Part shown: positions 1 through 9,434 of the stretch, one piece after another
Numbering within the stretch: position 1 is the stretch's first letter
Layout: each line of letters begins with the position of its first letter
Source: Candidatus Omnitrophota bacterium
GTDB taxonomy: Bacteria > Omnitrophota > Gorgyraeia > Zapsychrales > Fredricksoniimonadaceae
Reading direction: 5' to 3'
Assembly (NCBI GenBank): GCA_903944345.1
Contig: CAJARJ010000011.1
Coordinates: 3,460-67,459 of the forward strand
Length of the DNA stretch: 64,000 nt
Notes under the pieces: generated by a model
Seen by the model: only the letters and a program-made list of their open reading frames with translations
Databases searched by the model: none
What the model was told of the DNA's origin: nothing
Program-made: the position numbers and the translations under genes

Positions 1-726
1 GTCCGGGTTCAAATCAATTCCCTTAACCAGGGAACGATCAGCATAAGCCGCAGACAACAAGGCACCTCGCAGAGCACGTTTGTACCAGGCCGCCAGAACC
101 ATTCCGCTGTATATCTGTCTCAGCCCGGCAAAATGCTCTGAACGATTCACTTCTTCGGTTATAACCGGAACCAGCACACTGCCCGCAGGCGATGCGGCCG
201 CGCTCATCGCTTTCAGACGCTGTTCCAGCAGATAAACGGTATTATCTTTTTCATAAAGTACGGCGCGTTCGGGCAGTATCCAGATTTTGCTAAGCATTTC
301 TGCCGACGTAGCCGTTTGCCAGAATGTCTGTCCGGTTACGGTGTCTGGATCCGTCAGGACAGACGCGGACTGTTTGAGAACCATGTCTTGCGCCAGAAGA
401 TCTCTGCCCATAAGGGTATGGCCGAAATTGGGGGCCGTTAACCGACCAGGTTCATCAGGAGAAAGGTTAACCCACTGGTCTTCATCGGGCACGGCCAAAG
501 CGGCCAGGAAATATTTGACCAGGCGCAAATATTCTTGCTGACGTTCACCCGGAGCAAGATTCTCGTTACCACGATCAATCAGGAACTCCAGGCTGAAAGG
601 ATTGCGTGGGTCAACCGTAAGCCCAGCCAGAACCGGTGACTGGGCATGCCCGTTTACCGGTATAACGACAATAAAAAGAAAAAATAAGTAGAATAAGTAG
701 TGACACACAGAATTGTTTCTTAACAT
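1..726 (-). CDS. 5' part of a fourth paralog of the conserved-N-domain secreted cargo family (runs off left edge; not in ORF track)
   Basis: Manual translation from ATG 726: MLRNNSVCHYLFYLFFLFIVVIPVNGHAQSPVLAGLTVDPRNPFSLEFLID...RLVKYFLAALAVPDEDQWVNLSPDE...FGHTLMGRDLLAQDMVLKQ...KIWILPERAVLYEK...EVNRSEHFAGLRQIYSGMVLAAWYK..., open to position 1; motifs match 814..9258, 11530..14274 and 14488..18642. Confidence 0.92.
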   Translation of the reverse strand, partial: MLRNNSVCHYLFYLFFLFIVVIPVNGHAQSPVLAGLTVDPRNPFSLEFLIDRGNENLAPGERQQEYLRLVKYFLAALAVPDEDQWVNLSPDEPGRLTAPNFGHTLMGRDLLAQDMVLKQSASVLTDPDTVTGQTFWQTATSAEMLSKIWILPERAVLYEKDNTVYLLEQRLKAMSAAASPAGSVLVPVITEEVNRSEHFAGLRQIYSGMVLAAWYKRALRGALLSAAYADRSLVKGIDLNPD

Positions 727-792
727 ATTGTGACATTATATCACATTGTAATAAAATGTTAAAGGACTGCACAAAACAATTCTGTATGTCAC
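700..792. repeat. ~93-bp element with terminal inverted repeats, copy A
   Basis: 700-718 GTGACACACAGAATTGTTT and 774-792 AAACAATTCTGTATGTCAC are 18/19 inverted repeats; 719-792 aligns ungapped with 9331-9404 (55/74 by hand count); short tandem duplications at both edges (AATAAGTAG x2 683-700; GTCACGAATTATA x2 788-813). Confidence 0.85.
735..762 (-). promoter_or_regulatory. sigma70-like promoter for the 1..726 gene, probably leaderless
   Basis: Minus strand TTAACA (762-757), N16, TATAAT (740-735) with extended TGn; ATG lies 9 nt downstream of the -10 box with no SD. Confidence 0.55.
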
Positions 793-813
793 GAATTATA
801 GTCACGAATTATA

Positions 814-3800
814 TCAGGGGGAAATAAAAAACGCCCGGATGTCTTTTTCAGGTTTTATGGCCACAATCACCGGAACTAGCCCGCTGATATCCGCATATTT
901 TTGTAAAATAGCCGGCGAAATATCCATGTCCATACCACCATCATGGCTTATGGCAAGATCAAAACGGGAAGTATCCAGATCAATACCACCGGGATTATCT
1001 TCCGGCACAGACGTGTGATCCGGATCAGCAGGTATTCCCCTGTCTTCCTCGATCAAACGAAGTGTTCGATCAACAGAAAAAGGCAAAAAACTCCCCGCAT
1101 TTACCCGGTTTACCTGCCAGGCCGCGTTTAACAAAAACAGCCAGGCCGAAGGATGACGCAAAAGAGATTCCCCTGAAACTCCCGTGAAAAGATCATCAAG
1201 TCTTTGCGCATAACTATTCTCCAGCAGTAATGTTCCATTATCAGTTAACCGCATTCTCCCCTTCATGCCCGGTCCGGCAGGAGCTATATTCAACCGGGAC
1301 AAATCCACCCCCAGAAGCCGCTGACTGTCAGCAAAAAGACGACGGCTCCATTCCTGCGCACCAGGCAGCCAAGCGGGTGCAACGCTGTCGCGAGAGATCT
1401 GCCCGGCTGAAGAGTCCCCAGAAGATTGAAGAAAATTGTTTATATCCGGAAGATTTACCGGTTTGACGGCCTCAGCCTCGCCGGATTTCTGCCGGACTGT
1501 TTGCGTTTCTTCAGGCTTTTGCGCGGATGCCTTACGCGACCGACGGGAAGCAATCGAAGCTCTGGCAAAAATGATCCCGGTTACAATAAGAAAAAAAGCC
1601 GTGATACCTCCCACAACGAAAGCAACCGGGTGCATCAGAATTTTCGCCGCTCTGGCACGGAAGGAGAAATCGTCCGCCACCTTGTACTCGCGGGAAACAT
1701 CCTTGAATGAATCCTGGAACTCTGTCAGCCCGACGCTTGAATCGCCAGAAACAGTCGAAGGCACTCCCGTGTCTGTACCAGGCACCGGAGGATCGTACTC
1801 TCCTTGCACATTCCGGACATTGACAATGTTGTCCGTTCCCCAGGAAAAAGGAATAATCGTACCGTTCTGTCCGACAACATAAGTATCCGCATGATAACTG
1901 TTGGAGAAAACTCTTCCGTAGTTCTTGTAAATATGCACACTGCTGTCCAAAGCACGATAACCCATACGATTTAGAAACAACCCGTAATACCGGCTGATAT
2001 CTCCGCAGGCTCCTCCAGCTTTTTTATCCGGGTCACCTCCACCGGTAATTTTCATCAAAGCGTCTGTTGCGGTGACATCCCCCTGATAAACCTCTCTGGT
2101 ATCATCGTACTCAATAAAGTCTGCGGTCATTTCCAGTGTCTTAAGAACCTTTTCCCTGGCAGAGAGAGAAACGTCTTCGGAAATGGCGCGTATTTTCTTT
2201 TCCAGAACAGGATAAGTCTGCATGGCATGAAACTCCTGGTTGTCCTGATCAACCACCGGAATCTGCCCAGCAGGAAGACGATTGTTTTTATCCCGGCGCG
2301 GAATAATATACGTGATTGTTCCTGAGGAAGTAAAATCCTGCTTCACCGTGACATGCCCCCGGCTGATCGAAGTCTGGTCAAAAAGCGCCAAAGGAATAGT
2401 TGATGTCATAATTCTCTCGGGAACACCGTCTACAATCTGCGGAAAATAAATAGTCTCTCCGGCCTGATGCGGCCCCAACGGCATGGTAACAATAACCGCT
2501 TCTCCTGTCCGCTTGCCCTGCGGCTCCATTTCCCTTAAAGCAACTGTTTTCCCGTTTCCGTCGGAATAATGAAAGGCATGGATCAGATACTCCCCCGGGC
2601 GCATTCCTGTCACCTGATAAAGTGAAACGGCATTCCTGCTTTCAGGAACAGATCGAGGCAATTCAATACCATTCGTCAGATACGGATAACCACCTTGTTC
2701 AGCCAGAAAAATAACCGCTCCAGTCAACGCAACCGCCGCTGCCTTGCGCCACCTGACAGGAAAAACACGCTCAAGGGTTACCGAAAAGGTCTCACTGGTA
2801 CTCAAAGGACGGGCTTTCAGGACTGACGGAATATCTTCGTGCTGGGGAGGAAGAATGAAGGGCGAATCGATTTCCGGTGCATCGAGTGTCTGAACAGAAC
2901 CGCCGCGGTAAATGTCCAGAAGGCTCATCGGGCCATTAACCGTATCAAACTTCACCCGCACCATCAAACGGTACCAGTGTTTTAACATGTCTTCTTCCGG
3001 CACCAGATCAAAGCGGCTCTGCTTGTCGGAGGATGTATAGGCATTATTCAAATAGGCTGAAAATCTCCTGATCTCGGGATACCTGCTCTCATCTTCGCCG
3101 GCTCTCTCCAGAGAGGCCTTGACAGAAGCGACAATGTCAGGATCATTTATCCTGTCTGAACGCACCGCCAGAGCCAGCATGGCCTTAAGCCCTTCACTTG
3201 CGCGGATCAATGGCCAGTACGCCGGATAAGCCGGCTCCGTGCGGGCCTTGGTGGGCAAAATACCGTCCGGTATTTCCGTATCCACCCCCCATGACAAAAG
3301 AGTGCGCTGGACTTCCACCGGAATAACACCGTCCCAATATCTGGAGGCCACCGCGTCCAGAGGTGCCGGCATGGGCAGATTGTCCTGCAAAACCCTGCTA
3401 AGAGAATGCCCTGTGATCAAAAGACGCGAATCGGAAAAATCTCCGAAACGCAAAGACGCAGCAGGCTCTCCCGGGCGATTGAGTTTTTCTCCGTTTAAAA
3501 AAATATCGACATCTTCCACCGCACTTCCATAGTACTCAAACCGTTTCTTTATTTTGCTGGCGTAGCGCCTCAGCTCCGCCATCGATTCAAACACCCTTTC
3601 CTGGCGGATCAAGGTTCCGTGAAGAGGCTCTTGATCCTGCAAAGACACCACTTCCCGTTCCTGGAGCGAATCAACCACCAATGTCCCGTCTTCCTTCCTG
3701 GAAGCTGAAAGCACAAACCCGTAATTTGCAGGGGCCCCGGCGGCCACACGGGAGACCGGCAGGCTTTCAACCACAATCCTGTCGCCAGGAAGGGTTTGGG

Positions 3801-6800
3801 CCCATATGGTATAAAAGCCCTGCCCCATATGACGCGACTTACTGGTGGCATCCAGAGGAAGAAGTTTGTTAATCATGACATAATCATCCATGCCATCGCC
3901 TTTGTCCCGGATCTGGAGAGCCAGCGTATATTTCCCGTCAGTACGCGCAACAGAGTACAGGCGCACAGCAATGTCTTTCTGTTGGCCCTCCTGTCCGGAA
4001 CGAAGTGCGTCCCGGGCATTCTGCAAAAGCTCCCGCGGCAAGGTGGTAGGATCCTGCCCCGAGATGGCCGAAAAAATTTCCTGATCATAACCGGCTTTGA
4101 CATCCCCAGGAAAAGAAGAACCCAGTTCTCTGTCCAGCCCGGAGATATCCAGATCAGAATCTGCCCGGTTACGCGCGGAAAGAATATGGGCCAAAGGGAT
4201 ATCTTCAAGGCTATGAATTATTTTCCCTTCCCCGGGGACAAGAGATTCGAAGGTATCTCTCGCTGGCACAGACATGGCCAAGGGGTATAAAAGAGCATGC
4301 CAGAACTCCCGCATGGCCGGCGGGGCCTGATCCTGGTATTCGGACGCAAGCAAACGAACACCGGGCATTGTTTCCTGTCCGACAACATACCTGCGGTTTA
4401 TTTGATCCAGAAACCCTCTCGCCGAGAAAGGATCATCTCCGGCAAGCGCTTCTACCCAGGCAGACACAACCGTATTGAGCTTTTCCGGAACAAGCGTATC
4501 GAGAACAGGATCCATCCTCTCAAAAAAAAGGAACAACTCATTCTCCGCGGACAAAACGGTTGTCTGCACATACCTGAGAAGCGAAGAACGAACTTCATCA
4601 GAAAGCCGTCCTAATACCCGAGCCGAGGCAAACGGCAAAAGTGGGGCAAGAGAATCTGTTATAAGCTCAGGCGGCAAAGAAGCCAGATTGTCGAAAAGCC
4701 GCCGAAGTCTCAGAACGGAGAGATATTCTTTTCCTGACTCCGACTCCGGCACGGCCTCAATTTCTTCCGAAGAAGGGAAATCGAGCCTCTTCCAAAACTT
4801 CTTCATTGACCCCGTCGCCGGCAACAAAACATGGTCCGCGGCCAACACAGGAGTGGAACTCCATTCTCCCGGGGGAAGAAGTTCCCATAAATTATAAAAA
4901 CGACGGGCTTCCTTATCGAATATATAACCAGAGAACTTTTCTATAGAACCAATGCCGCCACCCAAAACAACAAAATCATATCGACCCGGTCCGCCGATAT
5001 AACGTGTAACATCTCTATCTGCGGGAAGTGGTATTTCCTGCAAGGAGCCATCGGCAAGATCAATACTCACCAATTTCTTTCCGGCCACTCCGTAAAGGCT
5101 GCCCTGCCAACGGGTAAAACTTAAGTCCGACTCTTCCGTATTCAGTTTCCCACGAAGAACAAGACCATCAAAAACCGTATATTGACTGCCTATCGTATAA
5201 ACATAAAGGCAGACTTCTCCGGATTTTTTTTTGCTCCTGGTCAAGGCGTAAACATATTTATCATCAGCTGAAGAATATAACAGTTTTTGATTAGACGGAT
5301 AAATAATAACCGGTATCCGCTTGATCTTTCTTTCCGAAAGAGTAACTCGTGCGATTACACCCATGCCACCCAGAAAAAATTTGTCAGCAATATAAACATC
5401 TCCCTCAGGCCCGGGGACCGGAGCCATCGCCGATGGAGAGGAATATCTGTAAGACCTCTTCTTGTTCAGATCAAAAAGCAAATGAGCCCAGTTTCCGAAT
5501 ACAGGTATACTCAAATCAACGAACCCTGGAACGGACTTTGAAGGAAGAAGTTTTGATAAATGAGCTTCGAAACTGGAAAGATCAAAGTGCTTCCTCAAGA
5601 AATAAAGCCCACCATAATCTGAAATCAAAAGCCACCACAAAGAATAACCTATACCAAGGAAGGTAAATAAATATGATAATGCGTAATAATAAGTAAAATA
5701 GTACTGATACTGAAGGCAAAGAATCAAAAACGCAGCAATTTCTAGTGATTGACGAATCCGCAGACCTTCCCCGGGAACGATATTCTTTCTGACATCCCAG
5801 AACGTTTGCCGCGCAATAATGGATATCAGACCAACAGAAATCAGCCCTATTGTCGATGTAAAACCACCTACTGCATATACACCAAGAGCGATCACTGCCA
5901 GAGACATAACTGAAACCAGTAAATGAACGACATCTCCAGCAGACAACTTGTTTCTTAACGGAATATTCATCACAAAACGCCCCTGGTTCACAGTCAAACC
6001 AAACGGAGTGGCTGTTGAATTTTGCAGCAAATCATGGGATGAATACCTCCCGCTTTTCTTGCCCGTAAGAGAGTTGATCGCCCAACGATAGGATCTATCA
6101 GCTCTTTGCTCCCATCCAATAATTTCGTTGCTATTGAATACTGACTCATTGTTCGTATCGGTCACAACAAATTCAGGAGCGTCATTCCACAGATAATGAC
6201 CGTCACTCAGCGCACCCTGCGGGTGCATCTTGCGGAAAGGTCTCCAGTCGGGGTCATCCGCATCCGGTTTTGACACCGTTGAAATCATTACGCCGTCGCT
6301 GGTAACCTCCTCCACAGTATTAGCACCTAGTGTCCCGGATGACGACTCGACCGACTCCACGGCCTGGGCGAGGCCATTCGCGCTCAGTGCAGCCGATTGC
6401 AGGTTATTACGAAGCCTTTGAGTGTCTCCGGCGGAAAGTCCGGATCCCTCTTCTAATCTCTGCAAAACAATCCCCAAATCTTCCTTCAGATTCCCGGCCT
6501 CTTCTGCCGGTAAAGTAAAGCTGACAATACCGTTCTCCCGCAAAACAGCATTCATAAACTCTGCCGACTTGTGCCTGTCGGGTGCCTGTAACAGTGTTTC
6601 TTCCTGGGAATTCGATATAAACAACGCTTCTCTGCCAAAAGGAATCATCAATGCTTTATCCTCCGACGGCAAGACATAAACTCTCTGCCCGCGAAAAGAC
6701 CGGGAACGGTTCAGCGAAGAATCCAGAAGCTCGCTTGAGCCTGTAAAAAATGCATCATCCAGATAAAAAAGCGCCAGACCTGAAAGATCCTGCCCCTCCA

Positions 6801-9258
6801 AAGCTCCGGATAAAGTCCGTGGCAGAAAAAGTATATTTCCGTAATTCTGCTGTAAATACGGCAAAAAAAGCTCTTTTCTGGCACGGCTGACGAAATCTTC
6901 CACAAAATCATACCCATTACCAGCCACCGCTCTTTTACGCAAGAACATCATGACCCGCAAATACCCGTTGATCATGGCAAGAACCTGGGAGACATTCCCC
7001 CAGAAAAGACGCTCCCGCATCTTGAGCAGAAAATCACCGGTCAGGACATGAATACTGCTTTCAACTGTAGCATCAATAACAATATCGTTCTTGTCATCCG
7101 TCAGGGTTGTTACCGCCGGAAGACGAATGGTCAGTTCTTCCGGAAGAATATTCCCCTCTGCTCCTGTTTCCTGCTCAACCATGGATCTTCCGCCGGCATA
7201 AATCCGCATCTTCATTTGCTTTTGTGTAGTTCCCTGGGATATTTCGGCATCAACAGCTTTCTCGATATCCACTTGAGTGCGCCTGCGGACAAGATCATCC
7301 GGAGTATTTTCTCCTGCCCGGGGACGCGGAAGTTTTGTCAGAAGCACTGAATCGCTCATGCCGTCGGCGTGATCCCGCACAGAGAAACCGTCTTTAAAAA
7401 TATTAACCTCCAAAGACAATCCCTGATCATCAACAAGATATTTGTTCTCCAATCCCTGACCGCCAAAATAAACTGTGTCCCGATGCGGATTAACCAGCTC
7501 GCCGTTCAAAACTATTCTGATCTGATTGTTCCACCCGTATTTGACACGAACAGCCACTTGCATCCGGCTGATAAAATCCGGATCCCGCTCAAAACGGCTC
7601 AAGCGGGCGGTAAATGTTGTGCCCACATCAAACGTCCCCGGGAGTTTGTCGAAATAAATATGTATTTTCCCGCCCCTGCGAAAGAAAAGAACCCTCCTGC
7701 CTTCTCCCTTGTCACCTGGAGTAGACGTAACCCAGCTGATCATATCTCCCTTAAGCTGGCCATCTTCACGGCGCAGTTCTTCCTGTAAATACGAGAGCAC
7801 CTGCAACCCTCCCTCTCCGAACTGCCCCAAAGAAAAATCAAGGCCCAGTTTCCGGAAAACGGCATCTATCGAATTATCCATCAATTCAAAAACCGGACTG
7901 AATTCATCTCCCGACTGCTGGAAAACATGGGTATTCCCCCGCCCCTCGGAAACCCGTCCGGAAATGATCTCCTTGAGTTTTCTGTTACCGTCGGGGGTAT
8001 ACCACCTGCTGAAATCCTCTGCCGACACGTCCCGGATATATGGAAAAAACTTCTGCCACTCGAAAGACATATCCAGGTTAAAAGGCGGAATATCTGCCGC
8101 GCTTTCGGCGGCATCTGTTTCACCTTGCCGCAGCACATCCGGAGCATTGCTCCACTCTTTGGCTGTAACCTCAATAACCATTCCCCGGGCCGGAACATGA
8201 GCCGGATCAAAAGGCAACATCTGCATGGCCAGATCAATCGCCTCGCCCTGAAAACCGCCGGAGAAATATTTCCGGGGAAGATCTTCGCCGGTAAACAAAT
8301 CAGTTTCATTTTTGATATAATTGAAAACGCCTTTCCTAAAAGCCTCCATATACTTCTGCCAGATCTTTTTCGCTTCTTCGGGATCGTCAATATTAACTCC
8401 AGCCGTCTTGTTCCTGTCCACATACACCGCCGAAAGAAGCGACTGCCTGATTTTCTTTTTGTACCACGCCGCCAAAATCAACGACTGGTACACCTGCCGG
8501 AGCCGGGTAAAATGTTCTCCTTCGTTGACCTCTTTCTCCATCTCGGGAATAACAACTTCACGCAGGACAGCACGGGCAATCTCTGAAGCCGAAGATATCA
8601 CTGGTGCCGAAACAGTCTCACTGCCTGAGGCCAGATAATCCTGTTCAAGCATCACCTTCAGCCGCGATTGCGTGATATACACCGCACCGGCTTGCACATT
8701 CTCATACACCACGGCCTTATCGGGAACAATCCAGACCTTGTTGAACGTGTCTATCGGAATATCCGTCGTACCATATTTCTCCTGCGCCAGGGCGTACACC
8801 TTCTGCCAGAACTTCTTTCCTGTCTCACCCTCGGGATAAAGCAAAGATGCGGTCAGCTGTTTGAGAATATAGTCCTGCTCCAGAAGATCCCGGCCCATTT
8901 CAGTCTGGCCAAAAGCTTCGGGGATAATACGGTCTTTTTCGTAGGGACTCAAATTGACCCACAGGTCTTTTCCGGGGATAGTCAGACTGGCCAGAAAATA
9001 CCTGATAAGCCTTTCGGATTCTTTCTTAAGATCGGATCCTTGGGGCAATCGGCTTCCCGGATCAAGGATAAAGTCAAAACGAAACGGCTCTTTAGGGTAC
9101 ACCTTAAGCCCTGTGAGCACAGGAGGAGAAAAAACAGGACTTAAAAACAATCTTTCACTAGGCGGAGGCAGGAAGGACTGGGCATGCCCGGAAGAAACGC
9201 TCTGGAACGAAAAGGCCAGCAAAAGGATACAACAAATAACTTTCCTTATAGTATACAT
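814..9258 (-). CDS. Giant (2814 aa) modular secreted/membrane protein: conserved N domain, two GHKL ATPase-like units, TM segments, transglutaminase-like domain, C-terminal GGID domain
   Basis: Signal peptide; family N domain ending RKYFSGG; ELMDNSIDA / GQFGEGG / DHADGM; RELLQNARDA...DKGDGM...HMGQGF...HGT; GGACGD...YHAD; C-term PGGIDL...GLVPVI. Confidence 0.88.
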   Translation of the reverse strand: MYTIRKVICCILLLAFSFQSVSSGHAQSFLPPPSERLFLSPVFSPPVLTGLKVYPKEPFRFDFILDPGSRLPQGSDLKKESERLIRYFLASLTIPGKDLWVNLSPYEKDRIIPEAFGQTEMGRDLLEQDYILKQLTASLLYPEGETGKKFWQKVYALAQEKYGTTDIPIDTFNKVWIVPDKAVVYENVQAGAVYITQSRLKVMLEQDYLASGSETVSAPVISSASEIARAVLREVVIPEMEKEVNEGEHFTRLRQVYQSLILAAWYKKKIRQSLLSAVYVDRNKTAGVNIDDPEEAKKIWQKYMEAFRKGVFNYIKNETDLFTGEDLPRKYFSGGFQGEAIDLAMQMLPFDPAHVPARGMVIEVTAKEWSNAPDVLRQGETDAAESAADIPPFNLDMSFEWQKFFPYIRDVSAEDFSRWYTPDGNRKLKEIISGRVSEGRGNTHVFQQSGDEFSPVFELMDNSIDAVFRKLGLDFSLGQFGEGGLQVLSYLQEELRREDGQLKGDMISWVTSTPGDKGEGRRVLFFRRGGKIHIYFDKLPGTFDVGTTFTARLSRFERDPDFISRMQVAVRVKYGWNNQIRIVLNGELVNPHRDTVYFGGQGLENKYLVDDQGLSLEVNIFKDGFSVRDHADGMSDSVLLTKLPRPRAGENTPDDLVRRRTQVDIEKAVDAEISQGTTQKQMKMRIYAGGRSMVEQETGAEGNILPEELTIRLPAVTTLTDDKNDIVIDATVESSIHVLTGDFLLKMRERLFWGNVSQVLAMINGYLRVMMFLRKRAVAGNGYDFVEDFVSRARKELFLPYLQQNYGNILFLPRTLSGALEGQDLSGLALFYLDDAFFTGSSELLDSSLNRSRSFRGQRVYVLPSEDKALMIPFGREALFISNSQEETLLQAPDRHKSAEFMNAVLRENGIVSFTLPAEEAGNLKEDLGIVLQRLEEGSGLSAGDTQRLRNNLQSAALSANGLAQAVESVESSSGTLGANTVEEVTSDGVMISTVSKPDADDPDWRPFRKMHPQGALSDGHYLWNDAPEFVVTDTNNESVFNSNEIIGWEQRADRSYRWAINSLTGKKSGRYSSHDLLQNSTATPFGLTVNQGRFVMNIPLRNKLSAGDVVHLLVSVMSLAVIALGVYAVGGFTSTIGLISVGLISIIARQTFWDVRKNIVPGEGLRIRQSLEIAAFLILCLQYQYYFTYYYALSYLFTFLGIGYSLWWLLISDYGGLYFLRKHFDLSSFEAHLSKLLPSKSVPGFVDLSIPVFGNWAHLLFDLNKKRSYRYSSPSAMAPVPGPEGDVYIADKFFLGGMGVIARVTLSERKIKRIPVIIYPSNQKLLYSSADDKYVYALTRSKKKSGEVCLYVYTIGSQYTVFDGLVLRGKLNTEESDLSFTRWQGSLYGVAGKKLVSIDLADGSLQEIPLPADRDVTRYIGGPGRYDFVVLGGGIGSIEKFSGYIFDKEARRFYNLWELLPPGEWSSTPVLAADHVLLPATGSMKKFWKRLDFPSSEEIEAVPESESGKEYLSVLRLRRLFDNLASLPPELITDSLAPLLPFASARVLGRLSDEVRSSLLRYVQTTVLSAENELFLFFERMDPVLDTLVPEKLNTVVSAWVEALAGDDPFSARGFLDQINRRYVVGQETMPGVRLLASEYQDQAPPAMREFWHALLYPLAMSVPARDTFESLVPGEGKIIHSLEDIPLAHILSARNRADSDLDISGLDRELGSSFPGDVKAGYDQEIFSAISGQDPTTLPRELLQNARDALRSGQEGQQKDIAVRLYSVARTDGKYTLALQIRDKGDGMDDYVMINKLLPLDATSKSRHMGQGFYTIWAQTLPGDRIVVESLPVSRVAAGAPANYGFVLSASRKEDGTLVVDSLQEREVVSLQDQEPLHGTLIRQERVFESMAELRRYASKIKKRFEYYGSAVEDVDIFLNGEKLNRPGEPAASLRFGDFSDSRLLITGHSLSRVLQDNLPMPAPLDAVASRYWDGVIPVEVQRTLLSWGVDTEIPDGILPTKARTEPAYPAYWPLIRASEGLKAMLALAVRSDRINDPDIVASVKASLERAGEDESRYPEIRRFSAYLNNAYTSSDKQSRFDLVPEEDMLKHWYRLMVRVKFDTVNGPMSLLDIYRGGSVQTLDAPEIDSPFILPPQHEDIPSVLKARPLSTSETFSVTLERVFPVRWRKAAAVALTGAVIFLAEQGGYPYLTNGIELPRSVPESRNAVSLYQVTGMRPGEYLIHAFHYSDGNGKTVALREMEPQGKRTGEAVIVTMPLGPHQAGETIYFPQIVDGVPERIMTSTIPLALFDQTSISRGHVTVKQDFTSSGTITYIIPRRDKNNRLPAGQIPVVDQDNQEFHAMQTYPVLEKKIRAISEDVSLSAREKVLKTLEMTADFIEYDDTREVYQGDVTATDALMKITGGGDPDKKAGGACGDISRYYGLFLNRMGYRALDSSVHIYKNYGRVFSNSYHADTYVVGQNGTIIPFSWGTDNIVNVRNVQGEYDPPVPGTDTGVPSTVSGDSSVGLTEFQDSFKDVSREYKVADDFSFRARAAKILMHPVAFVVGGITAFFLIVTGIIFARASIASRRSRKASAQKPEETQTVRQKSGEAEAVKPVNLPDINNFLQSSGDSSAGQISRDSVAPAWLPGAQEWSRRLFADSQRLLGVDLSRLNIAPAGPGMKGRMRLTDNGTLLLENSYAQRLDDLFTGVSGESLLRHPSAWLFLLNAAWQVNRVNAGSFLPFSVDRTLRLIEEDRGIPADPDHTSVPEDNPGGIDLDTSRFDLAISHDGGMDMDISPAILQKYADISGLVPVIVAIKPEKDIRAFFISP

Positions 9259-9311
9259 AAGGAAAGTTTAGACTATATGCGCATAGAATGCCAAAAAGGC
9301 ATTAAACATAC

Positions 9312-9434
9312 TGGGAACACAGAACCATTCCTTAACATATAGCGACATTTTATAGCAATGCCACTAAACGTTAGAAAATGTCACGAAACAATTCTGTGTG
9401 TCACCGATTACCTAATTCTGTGTGTCACCGATTA
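9312..9434. repeat. Inverted-repeat element copy B plus 21-bp tandem duplication
   Basis: 9331-9404 homologous to 719-792; degenerate left IR (ACACAGAA at 9317-9324); AATTCTGTGTGTCACCGATTA at 9390-9410 and 9414-9434. Confidence 0.85.

Noticed and set aside
729-745. TGTGA-N7-TCACA as a CRP site
   Set aside because: Spacer is 7 rather than 6 and the motif is not retained in element copy B
287-805. ORF-track calls 287..541(+) and 611..805(-)
   Set aside because: Shadow and wrong-frame ORFs; the real frame is the family paralog starting at 726(-)
814-9258. Giant gene as an anti-phage MORC/sacsin defence system, or as intein-containing
   Set aside because: Signal peptide and shared chassis domains, no nuclease/helicase partner, and no intein terminal motifs noticed
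9390-9434. 21-bp direct repeat as CRISPR
   Set aside because: Only two copies 3 bp apart, no spacers, no cas genes
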